Virus record (IMG/VR): IMGVR_UViG_3300025128_006599
Location: 12,489-76,488 of that record
From: a virus
Length of the DNA: 64,000 bases
Direction: 5' to 3' (one strand)
Below, piece after piece: positions 17,897 to 28,246 of this stretch (position 1 is its first letter; each line of letters begins with the position of its first letter). The notes under the pieces are model-generated. The model was not told the DNA's origin, did not search any database, and saw only the letters and a list, made by a program, of their open reading frames with translations. The position numbers were made by a program, and so were the translations under genes.

Positions 17897-18936
17897 TGAA
17901 ATACGTTATAGATATAGATGGTACTATCTGTAAAGAAATTGGTGATGTAATTGATAGGAAACCATACACAAATAGAATAGATAAGATAAACTCATTATAT
18001 GATAAAGGACATACGATTGTTTATATGACAGCTCGTGGATTAAAGAGTGGTAGAGGAGAAGAGTATTATCGTCCAATTACAGAACAACAATTAAAAAAAT
18101 GGGGTTGTAAATATCATGAGTTACAATTTAAACTACATGATGCAGATTTATTTATAGATGACAAGTCAGTAAATTCAAATGATTTTTTTGAATCTAATAT
18201 TGAGGATAAAACCGTATCGGTTGTGATTCCAGCAAGATATAAATCAACACGATTTCCAGGTAAACCAATAGTTGAAATTGATGGGATACCAATGGTAATT
18301 AGAGTTGCACAACAAGCAACAAAGGCTGTTGGGAAAGAAAATGTTTATATAGCAACAGAAAGTGGAATAGTCTCTGACTTGATTTATAATTATGATTATA
18401 ACGTTATATTAACTTCAAGTAGTTGTCTTACTGGAACAGATAGAGTGGCGGAAGCATCTTTACAATTGGATAGTGATATAATTGTAAACGTTCAAGGTGA
18501 TGAACCTATGGTAAATCCTGATACTATTTTAAAAGTTATAGAGGAGAAGAAAAAGTTTCCAAATTCTATGATTACCGCTGTTAGTAGAGTTGATTCAAGA
18601 GAAGTGTTTGATGATAAAAATATTGTTAAATTTGTTTTTGATGAAAAAAACAATTTATTATACACTTCACGGAGTGGAATTCCTGGTAACAAAAATGATG
18701 AATTTATGTATGGGTATAGTCATGTAGCAGTTTATGCATTCAACAAAGAAGATTTGACCAAATTTTATCACTATGGGATAAAAAATGGAAAGAGTAAATT
18801 AGAGTGGATAGAGGATGTTGAGATTTTAAGATTTTTAGAAATTGGTCATAATGTTAAAATAGTAGAAGTATCCGATGTTGGGTGGTCTGTAGATATACCA
18901 AGTGATGTTAAAAAAGTAGAAAGATTATTGAAATGA
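17896..18936 (+). CDS. kdsB: HAD phosphatase fused to CMP-Kdo synthetase-like cytidylyltransferase
   Basis: IDIDGTI..YMTARG..FIDDK, then VVIPARYKSTRFPGKP, TGTDRVAE, VNVQGDEP, LEWIEDVEILRFLE. GTG start at 17896 chosen. Confidence 0.85.
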   Translation: MKYVIDIDGTICKEIGDVIDRKPYTNRIDKINSLYDKGHTIVYMTARGLKSGRGEEYYRPITEQQLKKWGCKYHELQFKLHDADLFIDDKSVNSNDFFESNIEDKTVSVVIPARYKSTRFPGKPIVEIDGIPMVIRVAQQATKAVGKENVYIATESGIVSDLIYNYDYNVILTSSSCLTGTDRVAEASLQLDSDIIVNVQGDEPMVNPDTILKVIEEKKKFPNSMITAVSRVDSREVFDDKNIVKFVFDEKNNLLYTSRSGIPGNKNDEFMYGYSHVAVYAFNKEDLTKFYHYGIKNGKSKLEWIEDVEILRFLEIGHNVKIVEVSDVGWSVDIPSDVKKVERLLK

Positions 18937-19328
18937 GTACGGTTGAAGAATGGTCAAAACAGGCAAAAAAAGATGAAGTTGGAGTAATAGCAATGGATTT
19001 TGACAATGTAATCCATAATAATTCTTTGGGTTTTCACGATGGAACTTGTTATGGAGAACCTATTGAGGGTGTTATTGAATCTATAAAAAAAATATCGAAG
19101 AGATTTAGAGTTGTTATTTATAGTTATAAAGGACACCCTAATAGACCACTAATTAATGGTAAGAGTGGTATTGAATTGGTTTGGGATTGGTTAAAGAAAT
19201 ACGAAATTGATTCTTATATAGAAGATATAGTGTGGGGAAAACCCAATGCATTACTTTATATTGATGATAAGGGATATAGATTTGAAAATTGGAAAGATAC
19301 TATGAAATTTTTAGAGAACTTGGAGTAA
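18933..19328 (+). CDS. HAD-superfamily phosphatase
   Basis: IAMDFDNVIH, GKP..YIDDKG. Confidence 0.75.
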   Translation: MSTVEEWSKQAKKDEVGVIAMDFDNVIHNNSLGFHDGTCYGEPIEGVIESIKKISKRFRVVIYSYKGHPNRPLINGKSGIELVWDWLKKYEIDSYIEDIVWGKPNALLYIDDKGYRFENWKDTMKFLENLE

Positions 19329-19330
19329 AA

Positions 19331-20725
19331 ATGAGAATATTATTAGTAACAATAGACCATTTGGCACATTTGAACATTTTTCCTATGGGAGTTGCATATA
19401 TAGCTGCCGTTGCAAGACAAGATGGACATGAAGTTGAAATTTGGAATCAAGAATTATATCATTTTGAAGATTCTGAAATTGAAACATTTTTAAATGAAAA
19501 TGAACCATATGATGTAATAGGTGTGGGTATTTATGGATATCAAATGTTTAAAAAATCAATCGAAGTTTGTAAATATATACAGAAATCTAAAAATAAACCA
19601 ACTGTAGTTTTAGGTTCAAATGGCCCAAGTGCATGTCCTGAATATTTTTTAGAACAAACTAATGCGGATTATATTGTTCATGGTGAAGGAGAATCCTCTT
19701 GGAGAGAGTTATTAAGAAGATTAGAAAACAATTTAGATACTACAGATTCGCCCGGAATATCATTTATGAAACACGATGGGACACTATATAAAAATCCTGA
19801 TTCACCATTGATTCGACCTGTAGATGATTTACCATTTCCTGCTTGGGATTTATTTCCAATGGATGCATATATTCTTTATAAACACGAATCGGCAAAACAC
19901 ACAGCAAGATGTTTTCCAGTTTTATATTCAAGAGGTTGTCCACAAAATTGTAATTTTTGTTTTAGACTTTATGACAGTTACAGATTACGGAGTTTTGAAA
20001 ATGTTTTTGAAGAAATTACGATATTGAGAGATAAGTATAAAGTAGACCATATTGATTTTGTTGATGAAAATATTGGAATCAATGAAAAGGCATTAATTAG
20101 ATTTTCAAAGGCAATGAAAAAGGCAGATTTAGGAGTAACTTGGAATTGTCATGGTACTACACCAGCCTGTACCGTAGAGGCATTAACTACAGCAATAGAT
20201 GCTGGAATGACTGCCATAAATCTTGGAATAGAAGCTTTAGACCAAACTGTTATTGATAATATTACAAAAAAACAAACGGTGCAAGATGCATATGATGCAG
20301 TTGATGCGTGTAAAGAAGTTGGTATATTTCCTGGTTTAAATATTATTTGGGGTAATATAGGTGATACATTAGAATCACTTGAAAAGGGTGTAGAGTTTCT
20401 TATGAAGTATAATAGTACTCATCATTTACGGTCAATTAAACCAGTAACACCTTATCCAGGTACACCACTATACCATCACGCGGTTGAAAAGGGATTATTA
20501 AAAGGCCCAGCAGACTTTTATGAAAAATATCAAAATTCCGATAGAATGACTTGTAATTTTACAGAGTTATCGGATGAAGAATTTTATAAAGCACTTTATG
20601 ATGCCAACAAAAGAATAGTAGAGGATTGGCACAAAAGAGTTGCAAAGGCAACAACTGATGGGTATAAAGAGGCATATTTTAATTATGATCCTGAAGTTGG
20701 TTTTAGAGGCCCACGACACGTGTAG
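19331..20725 (+). CDS. B12-binding radical SAM protein (class B methyltransferase-like)
   Basis: PMGVAYIAA, VHGEGE, LPFPAWDL, SRGCPQNCNFC, PYPGTPLY; SD GGAG before ATG 19331. Confidence 0.9.
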   Translation: MRILLVTIDHLAHLNIFPMGVAYIAAVARQDGHEVEIWNQELYHFEDSEIETFLNENEPYDVIGVGIYGYQMFKKSIEVCKYIQKSKNKPTVVLGSNGPSACPEYFLEQTNADYIVHGEGESSWRELLRRLENNLDTTDSPGISFMKHDGTLYKNPDSPLIRPVDDLPFPAWDLFPMDAYILYKHESAKHTARCFPVLYSRGCPQNCNFCFRLYDSYRLRSFENVFEEITILRDKYKVDHIDFVDENIGINEKALIRFSKAMKKADLGVTWNCHGTTPACTVEALTTAIDAGMTAINLGIEALDQTVIDNITKKQTVQDAYDAVDACKEVGIFPGLNIIWGNIGDTLESLEKGVEFLMKYNSTHHLRSIKPVTPYPGTPLYHHAVEKGLLKGPADFYEKYQNSDRMTCNFTELSDEEFYKALYDANKRIVEDWHKRVAKATTDGYKEAYFNYDPEVGFRGPRHV

Positions 20726-20730
20726 GAGTT

Positions 20731-21165
20731 ATGATATTAATATCACATAGAGGAAATTTAAATGGCACATCTCCTTTTGAAAATCATCCCGAATACATTC
20801 AAAAGGCATTACTAAAGGGATTTGATGTAGAGATTGATGTTTGGTGTTTTGGAGATGGTGGTTATTGGTTAGGACATGATAAACCACAATATCATGTTGA
20901 GGAAGATTACTTAGAAAATCCAAAGCTTTGGTGTCATGCAAAAAATATACATGCACTCGATAATATGATTCACAATAAAAACATACATTGTTTTTGGCAC
21001 CAAGAGGATGACGTTACACTAACATCTAAGGGTTATTTATGGACATATCCAGGTAAAGAATTAACTAAGAACTCTATATCTGTTTTACCAGATAAAAAAC
21101 CTGATGTGGAAGTTGCGGGGATTTGTACTGATGAGGTTATAAAATATAAAAATATTTATGATTGA
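20731..21165 (+). CDS. Minimal GDPD/PI-PLC-like phosphodiesterase
   Basis: ISHRGN..EN..GFDVEIDVW..LGHD..WCHAKN..GICTD. Confidence 0.75.
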   Translation: MILISHRGNLNGTSPFENHPEYIQKALLKGFDVEIDVWCFGDGGYWLGHDKPQYHVEEDYLENPKLWCHAKNIHALDNMIHNKNIHCFWHQEDDVTLTSKGYLWTYPGKELTKNSISVLPDKKPDVEVAGICTDEVIKYKNIYD

Positions 21166-21868
21166 TACAGAATTATTTAAAAAAAGTTTACTACAAGGCC
21201 CAATACCAAGTCTTGTAGAAGAAGACAATTATGTTACAAGACGATTTGATAAGTTTTATATTCACGACTATGAAAATATAATACAAAATCCAACTGAAGA
21301 TTTGGAAAATCTGTTACATGCATATCCTATTGATTGGAAAGTGTTTGAGTCTGAACAACCAAAAAATATATCTGGTAGGTGTAATTTTATGTGGTTGACA
21401 GATGATGGAAGAGCGGTTGCAACTAATTCTGATAATGTTTCTCACTTTACAATTTTAAATTGGTCTATTTATAATATGATTAATACTTATAATCAGAGGG
21501 TAGACTCCATGTATTGGAATCCACTTGAACTAAAAAAAAGTAATATACATTTACCAGTTATATTAAATAAATCTACTCAAACTCAAAAAAAGACTTTAGA
21601 TGGTTATATGAAAAAACTAATGATTAATACCTCAACAGTTAGATTATCAGGCCCGTATCGTGGAAAGGCATTTGGTGGTTCACAATATGGACATGCAAAT
21701 AAATTATTAGAGACACCTGATTTTACCATAGAATCATTTACTAATTTAACAAAACAACAAATTGAATTTATAAAAATTGTTATCAAGAAATATAATTTAA
21801 CTCGTAGTGAAATTTTTATTAATGATTTTTCAAAAGGTCAAAACATAAAAGAGGATATATTTAAATGA
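21158..21868 (+). CDS. Hypothetical protein
   Basis: 236 aa coupled ORF; no motif recognised. Confidence 0.55.
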   Translation: MIDTELFKKSLLQGPIPSLVEEDNYVTRRFDKFYIHDYENIIQNPTEDLENLLHAYPIDWKVFESEQPKNISGRCNFMWLTDDGRAVATNSDNVSHFTILNWSIYNMINTYNQRVDSMYWNPLELKKSNIHLPVILNKSTQTQKKTLDGYMKKLMINTSTVRLSGPYRGKAFGGSQYGHANKLLETPDFTIESFTNLTKQQIEFIKIVIKKYNLTRSEIFINDFSKGQNIKEDIFK

Positions 21869-22806
21869 CAAAATTAATTTTATGTGATGGGGATAGTTGG
21901 ACTGCTGGTGATTTGATGGATCCTAAACTTGAAAGGCTTGGTATTACTAATATTCAAGAAAAAGATAATGATTCATATAGGTTACCAAAAGTTTGGCCAT
22001 ATAAACTTGGTAAAGAGTTAGGTGTAGACGTAATTAATTCAGCACACGCTGGTAGTTCTAATGATTCAATTGTGAAACGTGTTTGTGAAAATGTCTTAAA
22101 ATTACTAAAAACCCACAAACCAAGTGAAGTTTTTGTAATTGTAGGATGGTCTTCACCAGAGAGAAAAGACTTTTATGTAGGAGATGGTGATCCTGAAAAA
22201 CTACGTGGGGGTTTTGGTACATGGGAAACATTCGCTCCAGCTCAAGGAGAACAGTATTTTGATGACATTGCTCCAAAACACGCTGCAAAATTACTTGAAC
22301 AGTTTTATAAAACTTATGTATTATATTTTTGGAATGATATTGAATATATTACGAGATATATACACCATAATTTATACTTACATAGCTTTCTAAAGAATTT
22401 AAAAGTCAATCATTTATTTTTTGATGCATTTTATCATCAAACACCAAAAGAACATCAACTAAAACAAAACACCTTTGGAGATTATTTTAGTAAGGACTTA
22501 TACAAAAAATTAGAAAAACAAAATAAATATTTACATTACGATTTAGATACAAATATGAAAGAAACAACTAAAAAATATTTTGAGATAAGAGATACAAATT
22601 TTTACAATATTTCTTTTAAAAACTTTTTATTTGGTAGAATCTCTCCTGTTGAAAATATTGGAACAAATATATCTTCTGATTACGATGAACTATCAGGAAC
22701 TAAAAAAAATTTATTTCAAGATAGAGGTGGACATCCAAGTGAATTAGGACACGAACTTTGGGCCAAAGAAATGAGTAAGGTGTTGGAGAATAGATTAAAT
22801 GGCTAG
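21865..22806 (+). CDS. SGNH/GDSL-like hydrolase or acyltransferase
   Basis: CDGDSWTAG, NSAHAGSSN, VGWSSPER, GHPSELGHELWA. Confidence 0.7.
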   Translation: MTKLILCDGDSWTAGDLMDPKLERLGITNIQEKDNDSYRLPKVWPYKLGKELGVDVINSAHAGSSNDSIVKRVCENVLKLLKTHKPSEVFVIVGWSSPERKDFYVGDGDPEKLRGGFGTWETFAPAQGEQYFDDIAPKHAAKLLEQFYKTYVLYFWNDIEYITRYIHHNLYLHSFLKNLKVNHLFFDAFYHQTPKEHQLKQNTFGDYFSKDLYKKLEKQNKYLHYDLDTNMKETTKKYFEIRDTNFYNISFKNFLFGRISPVENIGTNISSDYDELSGTKKNLFQDRGGHPSELGHELWAKEMSKVLENRLNG

Positions 22807-24229
22807 AATTTTTTACGATAGGATGATAGACAATAACTTTGTTTGTAATGGAATATCTGAAGATTGGATAGAATATTTTTATCCAGAATTTAATCCAACT
22901 GGATTTAGAAGTCGGTTTGGGTTTGAACCTCCAGTTTATCCAAGTGATATTAATACACCTGTTGATAATGTTGAACGATATAGTATTGATGAAATACCAA
23001 TCAAGTTTAAAGATACTAAAGGTTGTTTGGGAATATTTCCAATAGAAGGATTTGGTAATCCAGATAGGTCACTCGGTACAGATGTAGTGTGGAATAAATC
23101 TTATGGTAGTTCAATGTCTTATTTTAGTGATACTGCAGTCAAGTACATACGTGAGGGAAGATTAAAACTTTTTTATGGTTTAATACAAGAGGCATTTTTA
23201 ACTGATGACGAAATGATTGGACTACATAAAGAGATGGTTCGTTTTGATTTTTATAACGGACTTGTTGCTGTTAATGATTTTTTACTGAAACAACGATATG
23301 AACAATGGTGTATAGATAATGACGAAGTTTCTCGTTATGATGTCATAGTGTATAATCATTCTTTATTTGAAAAGGCACATGAAGTTTTTTGTATATTAAA
23401 TGGAATGGATAGTGGTGTGTTTGGTATTGGTGCACAATATAGTGAACATAAAAATTCTGCTATGACACTATCAGATTTTAAAGATTCAAAACGTAAAGAA
23501 AGAAAAAGTAATTTTTTGAGTTTGAATAGAAGAATGAGGTCTTATCGACAGGCTGTATTATGTGTATTACAATATAATAATTTAATAGAAAATAATTTAG
23601 TCAGTTTCACTTTTAAGTTAGATCCATCATTTTATGAGTTAAATAAATTGGTTTCTAAAGAAAAATACAAAATGTATAGGCCTTCATTTCAAGAATTAAA
23701 AGATATGAAAACTAAAATTGTAGATTATCCACTTGCAATGGATAGTAGAGACGGGTTAAATCATGGATATGGTTTTGAAAATTGTAAACCTTATATGGAT
23801 AGTTATTGTAGTATTGTTACGGAAACAAGGTTTGAGGCACCTACTGGTTATGTTTCAGAAAAATCTTGGAAACCAATTGCATATTTTCAACCATTTATTT
23901 TAGTTGGGAGTGCAAATTCTTTACAATATATGAGAGAATTTGGATTTAAAACATTTCATCCCTTTATAGATGAAAGTTATGATAATCACAAAAATCCAAA
24001 AAAACGATTTAGTTTAATTGAAAATGAAATTATTAGAATTGGTAAAATGACGAAGAAAGAAATACATGAGTGGTATTGGTCTATGGAGGACATATTAGTT
24101 CACAATCATAAATTATTTTTAGAATATGCAAAGGAACATAATAATAGAAGTTTTATTACTGAATTATTTGATTCAGTTGATTCAAATGAATTAGGAACAT
24201 TAATTCCAAATTTTAGGAAAGAAAAATGA
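22799..24229 (+). CDS. Putative GT-B glycosyltransferase (phage family)
   Basis: FLSLNRRMR..R, SIVTET, SEKSWKPI..QPFILVG, GFKTF..IDESYD. Confidence 0.55.
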   Translation: MARIFYDRMIDNNFVCNGISEDWIEYFYPEFNPTGFRSRFGFEPPVYPSDINTPVDNVERYSIDEIPIKFKDTKGCLGIFPIEGFGNPDRSLGTDVVWNKSYGSSMSYFSDTAVKYIREGRLKLFYGLIQEAFLTDDEMIGLHKEMVRFDFYNGLVAVNDFLLKQRYEQWCIDNDEVSRYDVIVYNHSLFEKAHEVFCILNGMDSGVFGIGAQYSEHKNSAMTLSDFKDSKRKERKSNFLSLNRRMRSYRQAVLCVLQYNNLIENNLVSFTFKLDPSFYELNKLVSKEKYKMYRPSFQELKDMKTKIVDYPLAMDSRDGLNHGYGFENCKPYMDSYCSIVTETRFEAPTGYVSEKSWKPIAYFQPFILVGSANSLQYMREFGFKTFHPFIDESYDNHKNPKKRFSLIENEIIRIGKMTKKEIHEWYWSMEDILVHNHKLFLEYAKEHNNRSFITELFDSVDSNELGTLIPNFRKEK

Positions 24230-25188
24230 ATATTTTAATTACAGGTGGTGCAGGATATTTGGGTTCTGTCATTGTCAGAAGATTATTAAAAAATCACAAT
24301 GTAACGGTTGTGGATAATTTAATGTATAATCAAACCTCGTTACTTGACGTGTGTGGAGATAAAAGATTTAATTTTATATATGGAGATGTACGAGATTACA
24401 AACTATTAGTTCAACAAGTTAGTAGACACGATGTGATTATACCATTGGCCGCATTAGTTGGGTTCCCTAGCTGTGAAAATGATAAAAAGTTGGCAACAGA
24501 TGTAAATTATCATCAAATTAAGGATGTGGTGGATAATATTTCTAATAACCAAATGATACTATTTCCAAATACGAATAGTGGTTATGGAAGTAGAGTAGAT
24601 GGTATGGTAGATGAAACAAATTCATTAACACCAATTACACATTATGGAGTAACTAAATGTGATGCAGAGGATTATATTAAACGTCATACGAATGGAATTA
24701 TATTTAGACTGGCTACGGTGTTTGGAGTATCAAGTCGTATGAGATTAGACTTATTGGTAAATGAATTTGTATATAAATTATTAACCGATAGATACATTAC
24801 ATTATTTGAACATGAATTTGTTAGAAATTTTATTCACATTCAAGATGTTAGTTCTGTATTTGAATTTATGATTGAAAATTATGATAAACATCAAGGTGAG
24901 ATATTTAATGTTGGTTTATCAGATACGAATATAAATAAACAAGAATTAGTTGAAAGAATACAAAAACATATACCAAATATATCTATAACTCATTCAGATT
25001 ATTTTGTTGATCCAGATAAAAGAAATTATGTTGTAAGTAATAAAAAAGTAGAGTCAACTGGTTGGAAACCAAATTATAGTTTGGATTATGGTGTAAGAGA
25101 ATTAATACAGGCATATAAAATGATTGTACCACAAGAAAGTTCAAGGTATAGAAATGCATTTCCATTAAGTTACGGAATAGATACATAA
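24226..25188 (+). CDS. NAD-dependent NDP-sugar epimerase/dehydratase
   Basis: ITGGAGYLG, LAALVG, YGVTK (YxxxK), RLATVFG. Confidence 0.9.
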   Translation: MNILITGGAGYLGSVIVRRLLKNHNVTVVDNLMYNQTSLLDVCGDKRFNFIYGDVRDYKLLVQQVSRHDVIIPLAALVGFPSCENDKKLATDVNYHQIKDVVDNISNNQMILFPNTNSGYGSRVDGMVDETNSLTPITHYGVTKCDAEDYIKRHTNGIIFRLATVFGVSSRMRLDLLVNEFVYKLLTDRYITLFEHEFVRNFIHIQDVSSVFEFMIENYDKHQGEIFNVGLSDTNINKQELVERIQKHIPNISITHSDYFVDPDKRNYVVSNKKVESTGWKPNYSLDYGVRELIQAYKMIVPQESSRYRNAFPLSYGIDT

Positions 25189-25718
25189 TGAAGTTTGATT
25201 TAGATAAAATACAATCTGAAAAGTTTAATGAAATAAAAATATTTCAATCAAAACCATTTACTGATTATCGTGGTGATATTTGGACTATTTGGGAAAAGGA
25301 AAATGTTTTACCAAAAGATATGGAGTTTAGATTATCTAAGTTTGCCAAATCAACAAAGAATGTTTTAAGGGGATTACATGGTGATACAAAAACTTGGAAG
25401 TATCTTAGTTGTCCTTATGGTGAAGTTTATTTTGTTATTGCAGATGTAAGAGAAGATTCTAAAACATATTTACAGACTGAAACTTATTTATTAAATGATA
25501 AAAATCATTTCGGTGTTTTAGTACCACCTGGTTTTGTCAATGGTCATTTGTGTTTAACTGATGAATGTTTATTTCATTACATGATGGCCTATGATGGTAA
25601 GTATGTAGAACCACATGAACAAATTGTTTTACATTGGGATGATGATAGATTAAATATTGATTGGCCAGTAAAAAATCCAATCTTAGCAAAAAGGGATACA
25701 AATGAAACACGCAGTTGA
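25188..25718 (+). CDS. rmlC: dTDP-4-dehydrorhamnose 3,5-epimerase-like cupin
   Basis: DYRG, SxKNVLRGLH, DVREDSKTY, VPPGFVNG, LNIDWP. Confidence 0.85.
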   Translation: MKFDLDKIQSEKFNEIKIFQSKPFTDYRGDIWTIWEKENVLPKDMEFRLSKFAKSTKNVLRGLHGDTKTWKYLSCPYGEVYFVIADVREDSKTYLQTETYLLNDKNHFGVLVPPGFVNGHLCLTDECLFHYMMAYDGKYVEPHEQIVLHWDDDRLNIDWPVKNPILAKRDTNETRS

Positions 25719-26082
25719 ATTAGAACCAAGAATTTATGAAGATACTTTAAAAGATGGGCGTGGTGGTATTTTTAATTGGGTGCCTGAACATACATTAAAG
25801 GAATTTAATTTTATGTTTTATAATAAAGGTATTAAAAGAGGAAATCACTATCATCCTCATTTTCATGAGTATATGTTATTGACATCTGGAGAGGGAGTAT
25901 CAGTATCAGGTACTCAAGATGATAAAAAGAGTATTTATATGGCCAAAGGAACGTGTATTTATGTACCACAAGGAGTTTCGCATGTATTTCATGCAATAAC
26001 AGATTGTACAGGAGTAAGTTTTTTAAGTGAATTGTGGGATGAAAGTGTTCCACCAATTATACATGAGGAATTATTAAAGTGA
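25702..26082 (+). CDS. Cupin, sugar 3,4-ketoisomerase (FdtA/WxcM)-like
   Basis: DGRG, RGNHYHP..EY, VPQGVSHVF. Confidence 0.7.
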   Translation: MKHAVELEPRIYEDTLKDGRGGIFNWVPEHTLKEFNFMFYNKGIKRGNHYHPHFHEYMLLTSGEGVSVSGTQDDKKSIYMAKGTCIYVPQGVSHVFHAITDCTGVSFLSELWDESVPPIIHEELLK

Positions 26083-26765
26083 AAATTGCTATAATTGGTT
26101 CAAACGGTTTTGTTGGAAAGGCACTTTGTAGAAATTTTAAAAATTATGACTATGAAGTGTTTGAGGTTACAAGAGAAAATTATGATAAATACAAATCATT
26201 AGAATATGATGTTTTGATAAATACTGCAATGCCATCTAAAAGGTTTTGGGCTTTTAATAATCCTGTCGATGATGTAAAAGAAACAATTACCAAAACTGCG
26301 AAATTATTATATGAATGGAATTATAAAAAATTTATTCATATTAGTTCTTTGTCTGCAAAAATTCAATTGGATATTCCATATGGTGTACATAAAAGAGCTT
26401 CTGAAGTTTTAGTTGAAAATAAAGATAATACTTTGATAGTGAGGTTGGGTGCTTTATATGGTGATGGATTAGATAAAAGTGCTTTATTTGATTTAATTAA
26501 TCATAATAAAATATATGTAGATATTAATAGTGAATATAATTATATAGATATTGATGTGGCTACAGAATGGATTGTAAATAATATGAATGAAGTAGGTACA
26601 AAAGAAATAGGGGCATGTGATACTATTTCACTTTTAGATATTTCAAAAAATACTTGGGATAACCCTATTTATACGGGAAAAAAAGAAATTGTATATTCTG
26701 AAGATATTGAAAAGGGAATGCCGAGTTCACGTGAAGTTTTAAAATACGTAAGGAGATTTTTATGA
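26079..26765 (+). CDS. NAD(P)-dependent sugar reductase/epimerase (SDR)
   Basis: IIGSNGFVG, HISS, YGVHK, VRLGALYG. Confidence 0.8.
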   Translation: MKIAIIGSNGFVGKALCRNFKNYDYEVFEVTRENYDKYKSLEYDVLINTAMPSKRFWAFNNPVDDVKETITKTAKLLYEWNYKKFIHISSLSAKIQLDIPYGVHKRASEVLVENKDNTLIVRLGALYGDGLDKSALFDLINHNKIYVDINSEYNYIDIDVATEWIVNNMNEVGTKEIGACDTISLLDISKNTWDNPIYTGKKEIVYSEDIEKGMPSSREVLKYVRRFL

Positions 26766-28246
26766 ATTATATTGATATGACAAAAAAAATAATTGATGAG
26801 TGTTGTTTTACAACCTACACAAGAGATTTTTCTAACGAGGGTGGAGAACGACATGATGGTGGTAAATTATCAGGTGATCCTGCACACGTTTGTCATAGAG
26901 GTAATTTCTTTTCTTCACAATTGTTAAATTCTCAATTTTATAAAATACAAGGTGTACGGAGTAGGAGAAATTATTTTCATGATTTAGAGTTTATTAAATT
27001 TTTGAGGAATTATAAAGAAGTCATACAAGTTCCATTTGAAGATGCAATGAAGAGTGATAAAAAGGTCATCCTTGAAATGGAGATGCATGCATGTACAGAG
27101 AGTCCTCGTCCATTAGAGAGTATAAAAGAAAAGTTTTTTGATGATTTATTTCAAGATAAAAACATTTTAGAAAAAATGAGAAATGGTACTTTTTTTATAT
27201 TTTTGTACTATGGATATGAAGCTGATGATTTTTCAAAAAGACTTTTCGAACACGATAAATTTAATTCTCATTATGAGATGTTTGAAACGGTTTTAACAGA
27301 ATATGACTTACCAAGTAATTCTTTAATAATTTTAAGTAGTAATTTAAATGGATATTCATATTTAGAAAATTATTCTTTTAAAAATAAATTTGTAAATGTA
27401 ATTTATGATAATGCTACAGAATTTCAGGCATTTAAACACATACCTCGTGGTGGATTTCAAGATTATACTTTTGATGAATATATTGAAAATATAAAAAAGG
27501 CTGACAAAAAATTATTACGTATAAGTAGAACAACACATCCATACAGAGATTGTATGTTGTATTTTTTGGCACAAAATAATTATATTGATGATTCGTTAAT
27601 AGACCATACTTTTTTTCAAAGTGATTATATAAATGAATTTTATAGAGGTAAAACTGAATGGATTAAAAGTCAGGCCAGAATTAATAATAATGAGATTACA
27701 AATGGTTCTGATATATTGGAAATTGAAGGACTTAAAGATGATGAAATTATAGAAAATATTCAGAAACAAGTACCTTTTATTGCAAGTGAGTATGAAAGAA
27801 AGTATGGTGTAAGAGAGGGAGCACATCCACCAAATGAGGCTATTCCATTTGATGTATATAAGAAAACATTTTTCTCTTGGGTTTCTACATCAGCATCAGA
27901 TCAAATAACCAAAACTTTTATAAATATGTCTACATTTAATCCTGTTTTACATTTTCATCCTCTTGTATGGTTTGGTGAACCAAAAACTATTCAGAGATTT
28001 AAAGAATATGGTTATAAATCGTATGATTGGTTAGTTGATGAGAGTTATGATGCAGAAACTCATATGCTAAAAAAATGGAATATGAATATTCAGCAAATTC
28101 ATAAGATAATGAAAACACCAACGGAAACTTTAATAAATTTAATAATTGAAAATAGAGATGTATTAGAACATAATCAAAATCTTTTATACAAATGTGAGAG
28201 TATTAACAGGATGTTAACTAAATTTTATGGAATTATCAATGAGTAA
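26762..28246 (+). CDS. Putative glycosyltransferase, distant paralog of 22799-24229
   Basis: LLRISRTTHPYR, FSWVST, TFNPVLHFHPLVWFG, GYKSYDWLVDESYD, LEHNQN. Confidence 0.5.
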   Translation: MNYIDMTKKIIDECCFTTYTRDFSNEGGERHDGGKLSGDPAHVCHRGNFFSSQLLNSQFYKIQGVRSRRNYFHDLEFIKFLRNYKEVIQVPFEDAMKSDKKVILEMEMHACTESPRPLESIKEKFFDDLFQDKNILEKMRNGTFFIFLYYGYEADDFSKRLFEHDKFNSHYEMFETVLTEYDLPSNSLIILSSNLNGYSYLENYSFKNKFVNVIYDNATEFQAFKHIPRGGFQDYTFDEYIENIKKADKKLLRISRTTHPYRDCMLYFLAQNNYIDDSLIDHTFFQSDYINEFYRGKTEWIKSQARINNNEITNGSDILEIEGLKDDEIIENIQKQVPFIASEYERKYGVREGAHPPNEAIPFDVYKKTFFSWVSTSASDQITKTFINMSTFNPVLHFHPLVWFGEPKTIQRFKEYGYKSYDWLVDESYDAETHMLKKWNMNIQQIHKIMKTPTETLINLIIENRDVLEHNQNLLYKCESINRMLTKFYGIINE

